Source: Welwitschia mirabilis
Lineage: Eukaryota
Length of the DNA: 44,011 bases
Assembly: GCA_051453625.1 (NCBI GenBank)
Contig: JBOZIK010000001.1
Location: 12,003,796 to 12,047,806 of the forward strand
Direction of reading: 5' to 3'
The position numbers and the translations under genes are program-made. The notes beneath the pieces are model-generated. The model did not search any database. It saw only the letters and a program-made list of their open reading frames with translations, and was not told the DNA's origin. Numbering within the stretch: the first letter of the stretch is position 1; each line of letters opens with the position of its first letter. Below are positions 1 through 13,192 of this stretch, piece after piece.

Positions 1-879
1 CAAAGTTTAACATCCTGATTAGTAATATTACCCGTATTTAGAGAGTTATACAAAATTTTTAACTGATACAAATTGCTAAATCAACTCAACCATTGTGAAA
101 TATGTGATGAAAACTATCACTTTACTAAGGAATTCCAATCCTTACCAACTTATAAAGAAGTCATATTCAATGAATTTTATGCATTTAATAAAAGGCCAAA
201 TAACTTTGGAGGCAATCAATAATATCCACCAAGAAATAATGGATCTTCAACATCTTTTCAATCTTCATTTAATAATAAATGTATAGGTTATAACTCTCAG
301 TCTAATTTTTTCAACTACAATAAAAATGATCCTGACAAAGAAATGTTGGAGGAACTCAAAAAGACATAAGATACCATCAATGAAATCTTAGAAAATCAAA
401 ATAACAACCTATAAAATTTGATTGATCTCCTTCAATAAAACATGTTGGGAAATCAAAGATCTCAAGGATCATTTACCACTCAAACTATTTCAAACCTAAA
501 TGATGTAAAGAAAGATTAAAAAGTAGTAACTAGAAGTGGATATAATACTACTCCTTATGGGAAACCTTTAACTTTTATTGATAAAGATAAGGAAAAACCT
601 CAAGAAGATGATATTAAAATTCTTGATCAACTAAACTTTTCTCCTATATCAACTTTAAATCCAACAACAACAACCCATATCTAAAGAAGAAGACTACCCC
701 ATGGCTGAAAAGATTAAAAATAATATAACTTATTATGAGTGTTTGAAACAAATTATGAATGATGTTATATTAACTACCCTTTTGGAATATCATTCAAGAC
801 AATCCTAAGTACAATAAAATTTCAAAGGACTTAGTGAAAAGAAAATAAAAGAGAGTAAGCCCAAGTAAAGTATTCATTG

Positions 880-1330
880 CACAATCTCTTTCCAACTTAT
901 TTCTCAAAAATGTTCTAAGTTTAAAGATCTAGAAGCATCAATAATTGGTATTCTTTTGGAAGGAAATAAGAAAATCAAAAAAGCTCTAATAGAAATAGGA
1001 GCAAGTATCAATATCATACCTTCACACATTTGTAAAAAGCTTGGATTAAAAGGGAGAATTGAACTTATTAAAATACTATTAAAATTGGCTGATACATTAA
1101 TTAAAAAACATATAATAATAATCACAGATTTAGTGATTTAAATTGAGAAAGACTTCTACCCTATAGATGTGATCATCATTGAGGTTAAACATAATGGCAG
1201 ATACCCTCTACTTTTAGGAATATCCTTTCATGAAACAACCCATTGTGGCATTGATACTAGTAGGGGAATGATGGAATGTCATATAGGCAACAAGAATTCT
1301 AGTATCATAGTATTCAATGTCATTGCAAAA
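880..1330 (+). pseudogene. Athila-type retroviral aspartic protease remnant
   Basis: ORF-track peptides 956-1141 and 1169-1555 match the Athila motifs ALxDLGASINLMP...LGL...LQLAD and P(I/L)ILGRPFL...IDV..G; catalytic D reads E; in-frame stop at 1139-1141. Confidence 0.9.
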
Positions 1331-1823
1331 GACATTAAAGGTGAATTAGACATAGAAGAAAAATTTAGGTCATTCATATTAGTTCAACATCATCCTTTAG
1401 AAGAAAGTCTTCTTTCATTACATAACTCTACCTTATTTGAGGATGAGAAACAGTCTTCTATTATTATTAAATCTTTAAAATCCTCTAATCATTGCAACCT
1501 AAAATCAGATATTTTAAACCACTCCTCTAATAATGACTTTCATAAGGAATTTTAACACCCATACTTGATAATGATATTCAACATGTAAGATTCATTGAAA
1601 ATCTTTTACATCAACATGGGTATTCTACAACTGTGAAGGATGAAAGTAATATTTAATTTAAATACTTATCCAATAAGTTTAAATAAATGTTCTTAAATAA
1701 CACTCCTAATAAACCATTTATCAATAGTTCTCAACTTTACTTTTCTTAAAGAAAAAAAGAACCTTACTTAACCCTACCATTAAACCAGTACTCAAGGCTA
1801 AAATTACTAAACTTATAGACACA

Positions 1824-1996
1824 AATCAATTTGTGATTTTGCATAATACTTGAATACATCCTATACATAAAAAGCTGATTTCTAAATGGCTTGGTCCTTA
1901 TTGTGTGAAAAGGGTACATTCTAATGGCTCTATTAAGATTTTTGATCTTTAACTTAAGAAATCCAAATAGTAAATGAACAAAGGTTAAAACTTTAT
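1824..1996 (+). pseudogene. Athila integrase C-terminal GPY/F tail remnant
   Basis: Manual translation QFVILHNT*IHPIHKKLISKWLGPYCVKRVHSNGSIKIFDL*LKKSK, then after a frameshift VNEQRLKLY; matches VLLYNSRL..FPGKLKSRWSGP...VNGQRLKHY. Confidence 0.85.
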
Positions 1997-3563
1997 ACAT
2001 CTTCAAATGATTGTTGTTATCCTTTGAAAATGATAGAAGTAAATAACTTGGAATATCCTCTTTGTAAAAAGGAAGATCCTCTCTTGGCCATTTAATATAT
2101 TATTTCTTAGCTTTATTTCTTTATTTAAGTTATGAGATTACTTGATTATTTTTAACTTTATTTATGTTTAACTTCCATAGGTGTTACCATGGTTAAGTAA
2201 TTCTTTATGTGGGTTTTCATGTGATAAAGATTGAATTTATTCAATATTAAGATATTCCAATATCTACAATCAATTTCCTTAATTATTTTATGGAAAAATG
2301 TCAATTATGTTAATCTGATGCTTATTTTTGGTAATATGCTTTATTATGTTATCATTCTAATGATTAATTAATGCTGTCAAAAATGGGAAGTTCAAGTCAA
2401 AGAAAAAGAGGAAAAAAGTCAAGAGGGAAACATGAGGGGAAAAAGAAAAGAAAAATAAAAATGAATCGCCCTCTTACAATTAGACCATGATGTATTACCG
2501 CAAGTCTATTGAGGTAAATTTTCCTGAGAGAAGCCCTTAGTAACATGATAAGATAGCTACAAAAACTCCATTAGAGGATTAGTTGATCATGATCTAGCTT
2601 TAGCTTATAGGTCCTTATTCTCTTGGTAGTGGTTGCACTTCCCTCATCATGATAAAAAGTATTGTTCAACACCCCATTAACTAATAACTTCCATCACTCT
2701 GAGGCATATACTTCAAGAGCATATGAGTATATTAAACATTGAATGATATCTTATCAAATTACTATGGTTGTCATAGCTAAAGAGGGATTAAATTATAGTC
2801 CAAACATGACTTGATACCTTGCTAAACATAGCAACCAGATATTATAATCATCACTACCCTTTTAAATAGTACTCTATGATGTTCTATATTGAATCATGCA
2901 TTTTTATATCAAGTAGATTTATAACTCTTACCAAGAAGTTTTTCTAAGTTTGAATTTTAGGAAAAAAGTTAATCTTCTTCATGTTCTATGTTGTACATTT
3001 TTCTTTTTGTCTTATCTTAGCTTGTGGGCTTGTTTTCTCAAAGTCATTTTTCTTACCTTTTCCAAAATAATGTTTAGGAATTTGACATTTTCTAGTCTAC
3101 TTATTACATTTTTCATCACTTGATTATTATACATAAAATGAAAATGAACTCTATCTTAAAAATCCTTTTGCATGATAGTATTAATGCTCTCCTTTCCTTT
3201 AACAATCTTCCTTTTTCTAATTTCTTTTATTACTTAACCTTGCAATCATGAAATCTTACCCTACTTTAACTTTTCTTCATAACTTATGCAACTTGAGATG
3301 ACTTGCTCATTTAGTTAAAGAATGTGGCCACCTATATTACATGATTTATAAGCCAAATTTTTTCATCAAACTTTGTTATGATGTTAAACTTAATGATTTA
3401 ATAATGTACATCAATTTCACTTGTGCCTTTTTATAAATGTATTTTATATGTTATACTCTTAATTATAAATGATCTACATGTTTTGAGTTTTTTCTTGTCA
3501 ATTAGCTCATAACTTATTATTTATTACTTTATGAAGGACTGATAAATGCTAAGCAAGGGGCTA

Positions 3564-4605
3564 GATTGCGATGCCAACTCGAGCTATTTAATACACTTGT
3601 GAAGTAAATTTTTAAATCTTATTGACAAGTTTTTCTAAGGATTTATGCAAATTATATAAAGCTTCTATATAGGCTAAAGATGTAATAATTTCCAACATAA
3701 GAAGCTATTTTTAAAGGATGATAAATCAAAGAAATCTAATAAAGATATTATGGTTGTTCTTCATGTTATGGAATGACAGAGGAGACCACAGTTAGAATAT
3801 TGGCATATGGGGTATTGTCCTCTATGTCATAGAGAAAACATAAGGAACAATAATAAAAATTATTTGTAAACTTAATTAAATTATTATGAAATGATGGATC
3901 TAAGTTATACTTCTTTGTTTTACACCCCTTAGTGACCTACTCCAACTATAAATAGATCTTTTTATATCTTATTCAAAATCATCTTTTATCATCTACATTC
4001 TTATGATGATTGAATATTATTGGAGGCAAGAAGATCCATCCTAATTATGAGAAGAATCACCTTAGTATTAGGTAGTGAATCTTTCATTGAGGAGGAGTTG
4101 TCATAAGTGGATGTAACTTTATTTCATTAATAGAAGTATTGATTGAATTGAGATCTTTTCAAATGTTTTATTATTCTTCTTTATAGCTTATCTTAATTAC
4201 AATTTAAATTACATGAATTTGTAATTGAAATAAGTTATAAGGACTAATATAAGTGACAATAGATTGGAAGTTTAATTAATTCATTATATTAAAATTGCAT
4301 TCATTACATTACATTGCATTTCATTACATTACATTGCATTTCATTACATTGCATTGTATTCCATTGTAATATTTGCATTATTTAATTTTATTTACTTTAA
4401 AGCAAAATTCCAAAATATATCATTCTTCTCTTTGTAAAGCAATTCTTCATATTCTCTTTTAAAGTCTTCTCTAAGTGTACAACATTTAGGTTGATCCTGC
4501 TACATAAATGTGTATTATGTACAATTAGATTATCAATTTTTTAGATGTTGTAAGTTAAATTCAATCTTTAGAATATTGGAATTATAAGTGCAAATATGCA
4601 TAGCA
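3564..4605 (+). repeat. 3' LTR of A1 (family A)
   Basis: Follows PPT-like AAGCAAGGGGCTA (3551-3563); start GATTGCGATGCCAA resembles TGTTGTGATGCCAA of the copy at 41330; ends AATATGCATAGCA like AATATGCACTACAACA at 23656. Confidence 0.75.
4295..4380. repeat. CATTR pentamer / 21-bp minisatellite inside LTR A1
   Basis: TTCATTACATTACATTGCATT repeated about three times. Confidence 0.85.
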
Positions 4606-4891
4606 GTACCTGGAAAGTAAGAAATAAGGATTCAAATTATCCTTAGCTAAAAGCTAACTACCAAGTATGGAGTAGGGGATTTCTCAAATCACTATAAATC
4701 ATGTGTTCAATAATCTTTCTTGGTATTTTTTAGTTTTAGTTATTTTTATTTTTAGATGTTATTCCTAGATAGATCATTTTGTTATTTTGTGTGCCCAATA
4801 TTTTTTAGTTTCAATATTTTATGAAGATAGTCTTTCAATTAATTCTTAATCCTATTCACCCCCAACCCCCTCTAGGGTTCTAGATTCAACA
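4606..4891 (+). repeat. 3' portion of a Sirevirus (SIRE/Maximus copia) LTR, interrupted by A1
   Basis: Homologous to 31611-31914 (TACCTRGAAAGTAAG...CCTATTCACCC...CCTCTAGG..TTCTAGA); ends TCAACA; no PBS follows, so it is a 3' or solo LTR. Confidence 0.8.
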
Positions 4892-6755
4892 GTACATACT
4901 TGAAGGCTTAAATAATAAATGCAATGGTTAAATAATGAGTTAAATTATATAATGCATTTGAAAGGGAGACTAAATTCCTATAAAAATTTTATACATGAAT
5001 ACATAAAAATGGGAAGAATAATAATATTAGGCATGAAATTAAAACATTAAAAATCAACAATTTTTCATCCCTTCGCCTATTTCTTTTTACCACAACTTAT
5101 GTAAAAAATTATGGTATGATAAAGATAGAGATTAATTGGAAACCATTAAAGAGGTGATTAATCATCAAGAAAAGTACGATAAGGTGGTTCCAAAGGCATA
5201 GAAAATTTATCTTCATTATTGAATTTAAGTTTTACTTACTAGATATAGATATGATTGGTTTAGAATTTATTAAGAAAAATATAAAGGCTCTTCATAGGAT
5301 TGATCATATAATGGCTCTTGGCTAATGTTCTTCTCTTTATTATAGTTTTCCATAGATTCTTGTGAGGTTGCATAGGCAAGAAAGGTTGTGTTTTAATGTT
5401 TTCCTCATCGATGTCACTCTATTTTTCTATTATGTAACTCTCTAGTTTATCATCTCCCTCAAACAAATGCTTACTTATCCTAGATTAATCATTGTTAGAT
5501 GTATTTAATCCTACTTTAAAGTATAGTCTAAATGCACTAAGGCATTCAATATCCTTATTAGTTTCATTATGGGTTCTTCCTCATTTTTAGGGAATATAGC
5601 TTGGGTTTCATTATTAATCTCATTAATCCCTTCAAAGTTTTCAAGGATTATAGTTTTATGAAATATAAGAATATTTTCTTCTTATTGTTATTGGTTAAGA
5701 GTTCTAAGGATTTAATCATTATTTTTAGCCATTTATTGAAGATATTACTTGAGATTTTTATTAGTTTTATTAGTGTATTCTTCCAAAGATTATGGCTGAA
5801 GTTGAAGTGTATTAGAAGAATACTTGGCTACATCTTCTAAAAATTTCTAAATATTTTTTCAAAGAGAGGTGCAATGATTTATTAAATTAATGAAGATGAT
5901 AGGTATTGATTAAGTCATAAAGGATATTAAAAGAAATGAACAGTAAGAATCAAAAAATGATGAATATGAGGTTGACAAATATGGATTATAAGAGGTGATG
6001 GAAGGCATGTAATCAAAATCCTATAGGTTTATATAATAATTTTGGAATTCATAATGATGAGGATATTGAGTCATATACAAATAGGATTAAGGATATTTTT
6101 CAAATCATGTCTACATTAATAGAAATCTTCTATAGTTCATTTGGTTATTCATGATTTTGAAAACTATAGAAATAAATAAGTTAAAGCCTAAAAGGTTTTT
6201 AAAATAGATTAAAAGCCTAACTCATGATTAGGTTTAAGAAAATGGTCTACAGTATAGGTTGAGAGTGCATATTTTCTAGAATTTTTTCTATTTCCAAGGA
6301 ATCCTATAAGTTTAAATGGTTCAAAAGGTCATAAAAGGTCTTAATTTAAGTTTTTCAATGTTTGAAGTAGGATGGCTAGTGGAATGAATCAGAGTAGCCA
6401 ATGGAACTGGTTGGTCTAGGAAGAAATTTTTATGGGGAAAAAAAAGAGAGGATTCATTTAGTCCATACAAAAGATTTTAGGTTACAGGGTCTAAGAAAAA
6501 GGTAATAAAAACCCAAAATAACTGTATCTTAAAAATTTACGAGATTAAGAAAAATCCTATACATTTTTAATTTTTCTTAAAATTTTTAATAAAAATAAAA
6601 TCTAACAAAAATGAAAAATTTATAATAATTTTAAAAAATCAAAAAAACACAAAACACATAAATCATTAGATTTTAATTTGGTTTTAAATTCATGACATTA
6701 GGTTTGGTTACACCTATAGGAAAGTCATTAGACTAGTAATATGAAAATTAGATAT
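4892..6755 (-). mobile_element. Family B internal fragment (copy B3)
   Basis: Collinear with 19790-21655 and, more distantly, 14750-16490; bounded by a SIRE LTR on the left and an A LTR on the right. Confidence 0.85.
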
Positions 6756-8006
6756 TGTTATAGTGCATATTTATGCAAATATTACATCCTTTATCAAATC
6801 TTATTAATCACAAATATATTGCAAAACATGCATACTAGTATAGATGAAAGTAAATCCAAATGTTGTAATCTATTAAAGGCACTAAGCTTGAAACTAGAGA
6901 ATTGATTTTAAGTGAACTATTTTTAGGTTGTTCTTTTATGATTATAATAATGAGAATAAATAATTCAAGAAAAGCAAAAACACTATGTAATGCAAATGAA
7001 GTCTATTCTAAATGCAAAATCTATAGTTCCAAATATCTATCACCAGGATAAGCCCTATATAACGTATATTAATTAAGAAAACTACAACTAACCCTAACCA
7101 ACCTAGACTCTTAAGCACATTAAACCAAATTTGGAAAACATGTAATGCTTAAAGTAGGAAATGTAAAATACAATGCAATATAAATCCTAAACTAATGATT
7201 TCAACCTTGACAAAGCTTGCCTTTGATGACTTATATTAATTATGAAACTATCACAAAAGCATAACCAACATAAACCATAAGAGATATGCATATGAATAAA
7301 ACTAAAAGAAGATTTTCATTAGATTTGAACCAACATCCTATTATAAAGCAGTATCACCTTAATAAAAGAGACATAATTCAATACTAAGGAATACTCCTCT
7401 TTATAACTAATGGATGGACCTTCTTCCTTTTGATCTTCTGTCATAATAATTTTCATTGTCAAAGAAGATGATCAAAATTAAGGGTAAGGTAATATTTACT
7501 TACAACTATAGACTCTAAAAATAGCAAATTTAATAGGTACAACAAAAATCCTAATGGTGCATAGGAGGTGCATGATATATCACACAAGTTTGATGAAGTT
7601 TGATGAATTGACTAAAATCAGGTATCATCCTTCTAGTCATCCAGACAATGATGAAGATGATATCATATCAATAGAGATTTCATGCCATCTTCCATATTGG
7701 TCAAGTTAGCATCCTAGTTAGCATGCAATTGGTAATATCTAGAAAGTCATTTAGATGATGGAGGGGGTGATGAACCTTTTAAAGCTCTTTAGTCAAGTAA
7801 ATTGACTTTGTAGACATTAATTCCTCCTTAAAATGTAAAGTATTAGGGATCACCCAAAATGCCTTTAAATGTACTAGGAATTATGCATTTCTATGATTTT
7901 TTTCCTTGATTCTTAATAATCATTGTTTTACACTTAAACCTATCTAAATTTCTTGAAAAAGTACTTAAAATACCCTATTAAAAACATACAATTTAGCATT
8001 ACAACA
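6756..8006 (-). repeat. 3' LTR of A2
   Basis: Imperfect inverted termini TGTTATAGTGC ... GCATTACAACA (9/11); adjacent minus-strand PPT GTGTGGGAGAGGGCTA. Confidence 0.9.
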
Positions 8007-11000
8007 TAGCCCTCTCCCACACATAGCCTTGTCAATCCATGATAAAGTTGACGAACAACTATAATAGTAAGCCAAATTGACTAAGATAAACATTATTATG
8101 TGGGATGAAATCTTAAAATCAAATAAACTGAATGTTTCACCTAGGCAAATATTATAACCATGTTGTCATTCAGTATATTATCTAGATGATTATGGGAATG
8201 AAAAGATTTTAAAAAGTAGACTATAAAATTAATTACTTGTAACTATACTCATTATAAAACAAGATCAAGGCACTTATCCATGAGTTAGTTTTCCACTTAA
8301 AACTTTAAGCACTTTAAAAAGATAGTGATTAAATGTTATAACAAAGAGAATTATCATAAGATATAATTATAGTAGCTTAGATAAATGGTATGCATGTATA
8401 ATTAAAAAAATAATAACTCAAAAATGCTATCCATAAATTAATCATTAAGTTTTTAAGCATAATATACAAGGAAAGATACATAAAAAATAAACAATCATAA
8501 CATTATTCCCTTGATCCATGGTCTTATGAATTACTTAGATTTCTCCTACAAGGAAAATAAACTACAACTATTCTACCATCAATTACATGATTTAATAAAC
8601 AATATCTATAATGTATATCACTTAAATAATGAGAAATCATAATCAAATTAGTACACTATAAATATGTATCATGAAATTTTAAATATAACCCTTAAAAATT
8701 TAAAATTTTACTTATGATATCTTAAAATATATGTCCACTCCTCCTTCCCTCCCAAGATGAATTAATACATTTTCTATTCCATTAACATAAGAAGAAAAAA
8801 GATTAATATGCAAGTTAACTATAAGTAAGCAAAATAGGTAGGCCTAGGAGTAGTATTATATGAATAAATAAGGTTAGAAATAGTTGAAAAAATATGAAAC
8901 ATCAAAATTGATAATCCTTAGAAAATACCATTGCGCCATTTGCATGGTCATCTAGACAACATGGTGAATGATGGTGTCTTTCAAAAGACCAAGAAAAATG
9001 AAAGCATCAGTAAAGTAAGTTAAGTTTAGATGGTATTATGGAGGTTACAGAAAGATACCAGAAAGTCTAAAATATGGGAGATATCTAAGAATTTTGAGGA
9101 AGAAGGCATGACAAGGAGGTAAATGCACTAAGCTAAGGAAGATTATAAAATGTTCCATGAACTCATAATTATTAAAAGATAGGATGCATTAAAACTTAAA
9201 AAGAAAATTAAAGAAAACTAAACTTAAAAAGACACTAAAAGAGTAGATGAAAAAAATTAGAATCATAAACTAAGAAATATTATTTACTTAAAGAAAAATT
9301 AACTTCTATAAATAAAAACTACAAGGTAAAAATCAATAAGAAAACTACAAAATGATTAAGTCCTATGTATTCGTGATAAAAAAGTATGGAAATAACTTTG
9401 AAATATCAAAGAAAATAAGTACATAAAACAGAATAAAAATTAAGAACTAGGAACATGAAGAATATTGTATACCTATTTTAAATTTTAACTTAGCAAACCA
9501 TCATGGAAGAAATCATAAAATCACCTAATTAATGATGCCTGACATAATGCAAAAACTTTATAAAGTACTACATAAATAGGCAATGATTAGGATAATGTCA
9601 AGTAACTAATGTTTTTAAATAATGAATGAGAAGATCAAAACCTACTTATAAATGAACTTAATTACTCACAAACCAAAACATAATTAGATCCTCAAAAGTG
9701 AAATGATCATGTGAGAATACTATAAGCTTAATGAGTCTAGGAAATAAACAATATCTCTGATGATATCAATAACATCACTAATCCTCTAACCTTAAAGTAC
9801 TTATTATTAATCCATGATGAGAAGAATGAAACCATAGTTAGAAAAGCAGGGACCTGTGAAGCATGACCAACTGACCCCTTAGTTAAGTTTTCATAGCTAC
9901 CAACACTGCCCAAGATTCCTCTCAAGAAATTTTACCCCAGTGTAGTAGGAAATCATGGTGACCATGTATTTAGCATAGAAATAATAGATTATGGTTATTA
10001 TTCCTTTTTTTTTTTTTGTGAATACTTCTTTAAAATAAATCCCATATGACTACCCACTTACAAAGACAAAGGTGAAGAAATAAATGAAAGATAAGAAAAA
10101 ACACCCTCAAATAACCAAAGACTCACACCATTAAGAAAAAAACATAAAAAATAAAGCATCTTCCTTCAAAATAAAGTTCATATAAATGTGAATGTCTTAT
10201 GATTGGGTGAATATAATCTTATCACTTTGAAATGCTAAAGTAAAAATTACTAGTTATAGTAACTTCATAAAGTGAAACATTAGTCAAGTTTTAAAGATGT
10301 TTGAATGATAGCATAATGTTCACCAAAATGATTGCTAAGAAAGAACTCAGATAATGGTAGAAATTTAAAAAGAATTGCTTCTATCATGTTTAAAGTTGAA
10401 TAACTCATGGATTTTTAATCCTTGTTCATTTTTTAAATTTTTCCTAGTGTTCAAAGTAGAAATGTCCACTAAGATACTAAAAACATACTTCTAAGAAATA
10501 AGGACCTAACCATCTAGAGGTTAACTTCCTTAAAATAAAAACTAAAGAACAAAACATAACAACATAAAATCAAAAGAAAATACTAAAGCAAATTAAGAAT
10601 AAGTTTTATTTAAATCCTAAATCCTACTTAATACTTTATTTACAAGCAAGAAAAATAAAGTTATTTTCTTATTTTTATGATCCTAGGGTGATGTACTTTC
10701 TTGGAAAATAAAAAATAAACCAAACAAAGACCAATTGATAAAACATAAAAGGTATGCATTCATGACAAGATAACATTTTGACTCCATAGAATTGATTTTG
10801 AATATAAGAGATAAAGAGTTTAAATAATTCATAAAATAATAATCTCTTATCAAATACATGGAATGAAGAATTAAAAATATAAATTCCATTTAAATATTGA
10901 TATTAAGGATGAAAAAGATTATTAGAAATTAAAAAATTTGGAGAAAGCTTCTTAGAATGAATGATTAAATTAGGTTTAATATACTTAAGAAGTTCTCTAA

Positions 11001-11669
11001 GTATTAACTTAAGTATGGATTATTAAAAAGATAAGGTTTCCTAAAATTTAAAATTCCATGATATCTTAAGTCATACTTTTGAAAAGATTTATCATAAGAG
11101 GAATAATTAAAAGTGAACTTGGTAGAAAAGGAAAGGATGTTTCTTTAAATATTTTTAAGAGAATGGAATGGAAAAATATTGAATACTTCTTAAATTAAAT
11201 TTCTATATTGCAAAGAAGAGTCTATTTTTCATCAAGTTTAGTTGAAATTTTATACATTCATTATTATTCCTTCTCTTTTTATTATTGCATTTGTTCCTAC
11301 TATGTTAAATACCTTTTGTACTTTTCTTATCAGTAATTGTATCTTTTCTTTTAATTATTCTTATTTTTCTTTTGTTATTTTTAAATTTTTCTAACTATCA
11401 TTCAAGATTATCATCCATATGATTAGAGTGGATAATAAGTCTTATAAGAAATTTCTTAATTAATTTCACATGTCAAACTTCTTTTTTGTTAACAAATTTC
11501 ACTTCTTCGTTCTTATGATCAAAACTATTTATTTCTATTGGATTATTATGCAAAATTAACTCTTTTAGCATTCTCATTCTCTCTTCAACTGGGTGATGTT
11601 GTATAAATAAAGTTGGTTTAGCTCTTTTTTAAAAGTTTTCTCATCACCCATATCTTTCTTTTTAGCATT

Positions 11670-11960
11670 TAAGACTTTAATAGTGTATTTTTTATTACAA
11701 ATGTCACATTCCATTAATTTAGTTTGTGTGTCTATAATGTATGGGTAGTTATGAAAAAGGCTCTTTCTAAAAGTAGTGGGTAACTTCCATCATGATTTAC
11801 TTTAATTATAATCACATATATGAATAGCAAGCTTCTTCTATTTGGATGCATAAGTTTTTAATAATCCCTATAGGTTTCTGATTGATGCATCAGCTAATTT
11901 TAAGATGATTTATGTAGGTTAAATGTTTTCTTATAATTCAAATCTCTTATAAATGTGAAG
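11670..11960 (-). pseudogene. Athila-type protease remnant (A2)
   Basis: Reverse translation gives IILKLADASIR...VNHDGSYPLLLERAFFITTH...IDTQTKLMECDICNKK (with frameshifts), homologous to the A1 protease at 1019-1320. Confidence 0.85.
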
Positions 11961-13192
11961 ACGCAAGATGTTTACACTTGTAATAAAAATCACAATAAAA
12001 ATGAAAATTTAAAAGTTAAGATTAAAATAATCTTTAATCGATGACATGTGGAAACAAAAATGCTCCAAGGTCTACTTGATTTATTCAACACTCTACCCTT
12101 GGTTTGATGATTCCTGTATCCTGAACTCAATAATTAAATAAACTCCTTATAAAAATTATTAATGTCAAATAAATTATGCAATAATAATAAAAAAACAAAT
12201 CTACTTAAGAACTAGTCATACCTAAATATTGCTAATGCCAAATGATTATGTAGTAACAATCAAAAAACTAAAACTAATTCTTGAATTGATCTTAACTAAA
12301 TACTACTAATACCAAATGACTGGTGTGCATTAATAATGAAAGGGTTTAAAATAGTTCTTTATTAAAATATAAAATTAATATACATTACATAAATTATAGA
12401 AATAGTGAAGAAGGAAGAGCTCCTCAGCTAGCCTTAAATCATTCCACCCCCAAGAAAGAGCATCAGAGTATTATGATGTCCTAGCCTCTAAGTCTGTCCC
12501 ACATTAAACAAACTAAAAGATGTTTATAATAGGTGCTCAAGGCCCTTTTATAGATGATGGAAGGCTTGGTGTCTAAGTCATGATTGTATTAAGTGGTGGT
12601 TACATAAGGGAGGTTCTTAAGGGTGGTTACAGAAGGAGGGAGTTATAAACATGTTTAGCATGTAGTAACAAGGGAAGATTCTTTGTCTCTTTATGTAGAC
12701 ATGATAATGACATGTTCTTTGATTACTTATAATGTTGATAATGGATGCCATGTCATGCATCTTCCTCCTAATAATCTTTGTTACACCACATATTGCTATA
12801 ACATGTCAATTTGTACTTCCACCATGTGTCGTCAAAGTTTGAAGTTTACTCTGCATTAACTTCTAACTTATCATATAAGAATAATGTGATGAACTTTTTA
12901 AGTTATGGCAAGAATGTAAGATTGATACATTTTCTCCTCATAAGGCTAGAAACACTATTAGTCCTAGCCAAAAGCATCAATGTTTGCTACTAAACATCTT
13001 CAAGGTTTTTTAGTATCATTAAGAAGCTAAAAATAGATTTATTAATGTTAAGATAAATTGTATAATTTTACAAAAAGTTAATAAAAAGGAGAGAACATAT
13101 TAATATGTGATAAAATAATTTTTTTAATGTTTTTTAATATCCTAAATTAATCAATTATACTTGCTTTGAATGTCAGTTTTTACATGCAAACA
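11961..13192 (-). repeat. Family B 3' LTR (distal ~90 bp deleted)
   Basis: Homologous to 16860-18088 and 25120-26360; starts TGTTTGCATG on the minus strand right after PPT AGGAGGTG (13193-13200); contains three ~73-bp tandem units at 12150-12350. Confidence 0.85.

Larger units (their letters stand above)
1..4605 (+). mobile_element. Athila-like Ty3/gypsy family A, copy A1 (5'-truncated by window; non-autonomous, no RT/RNaseH)
   Basis: Decayed gag, protease (ALIEIGASINIIPSHICKKLGL...LKLAD; YPLLLG), integrase C-terminal tail, conserved 3' UTR block (2485-2600) shared with 9840-9965 and 42960-43085, PPT and 3' LTR. Confidence 0.85.
6756..11960 (-). mobile_element. Athila-like family A, copy A2 (3' LTR, PPT, 3' UTR, IN tail, protease; 5' part lost)
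   Basis: LTR 6756-8006, PPT 8007-8022, conserved UTR block 9840-9965, KLTSRWLGPY at ~10495-10526 (minus), protease 11670-11960. Confidence 0.85.

Noticed and set aside
7089-7104. Telomere-like TAACCCTAACC
   Set aside because: Fewer than two units, inside an LTR; expected by chance.
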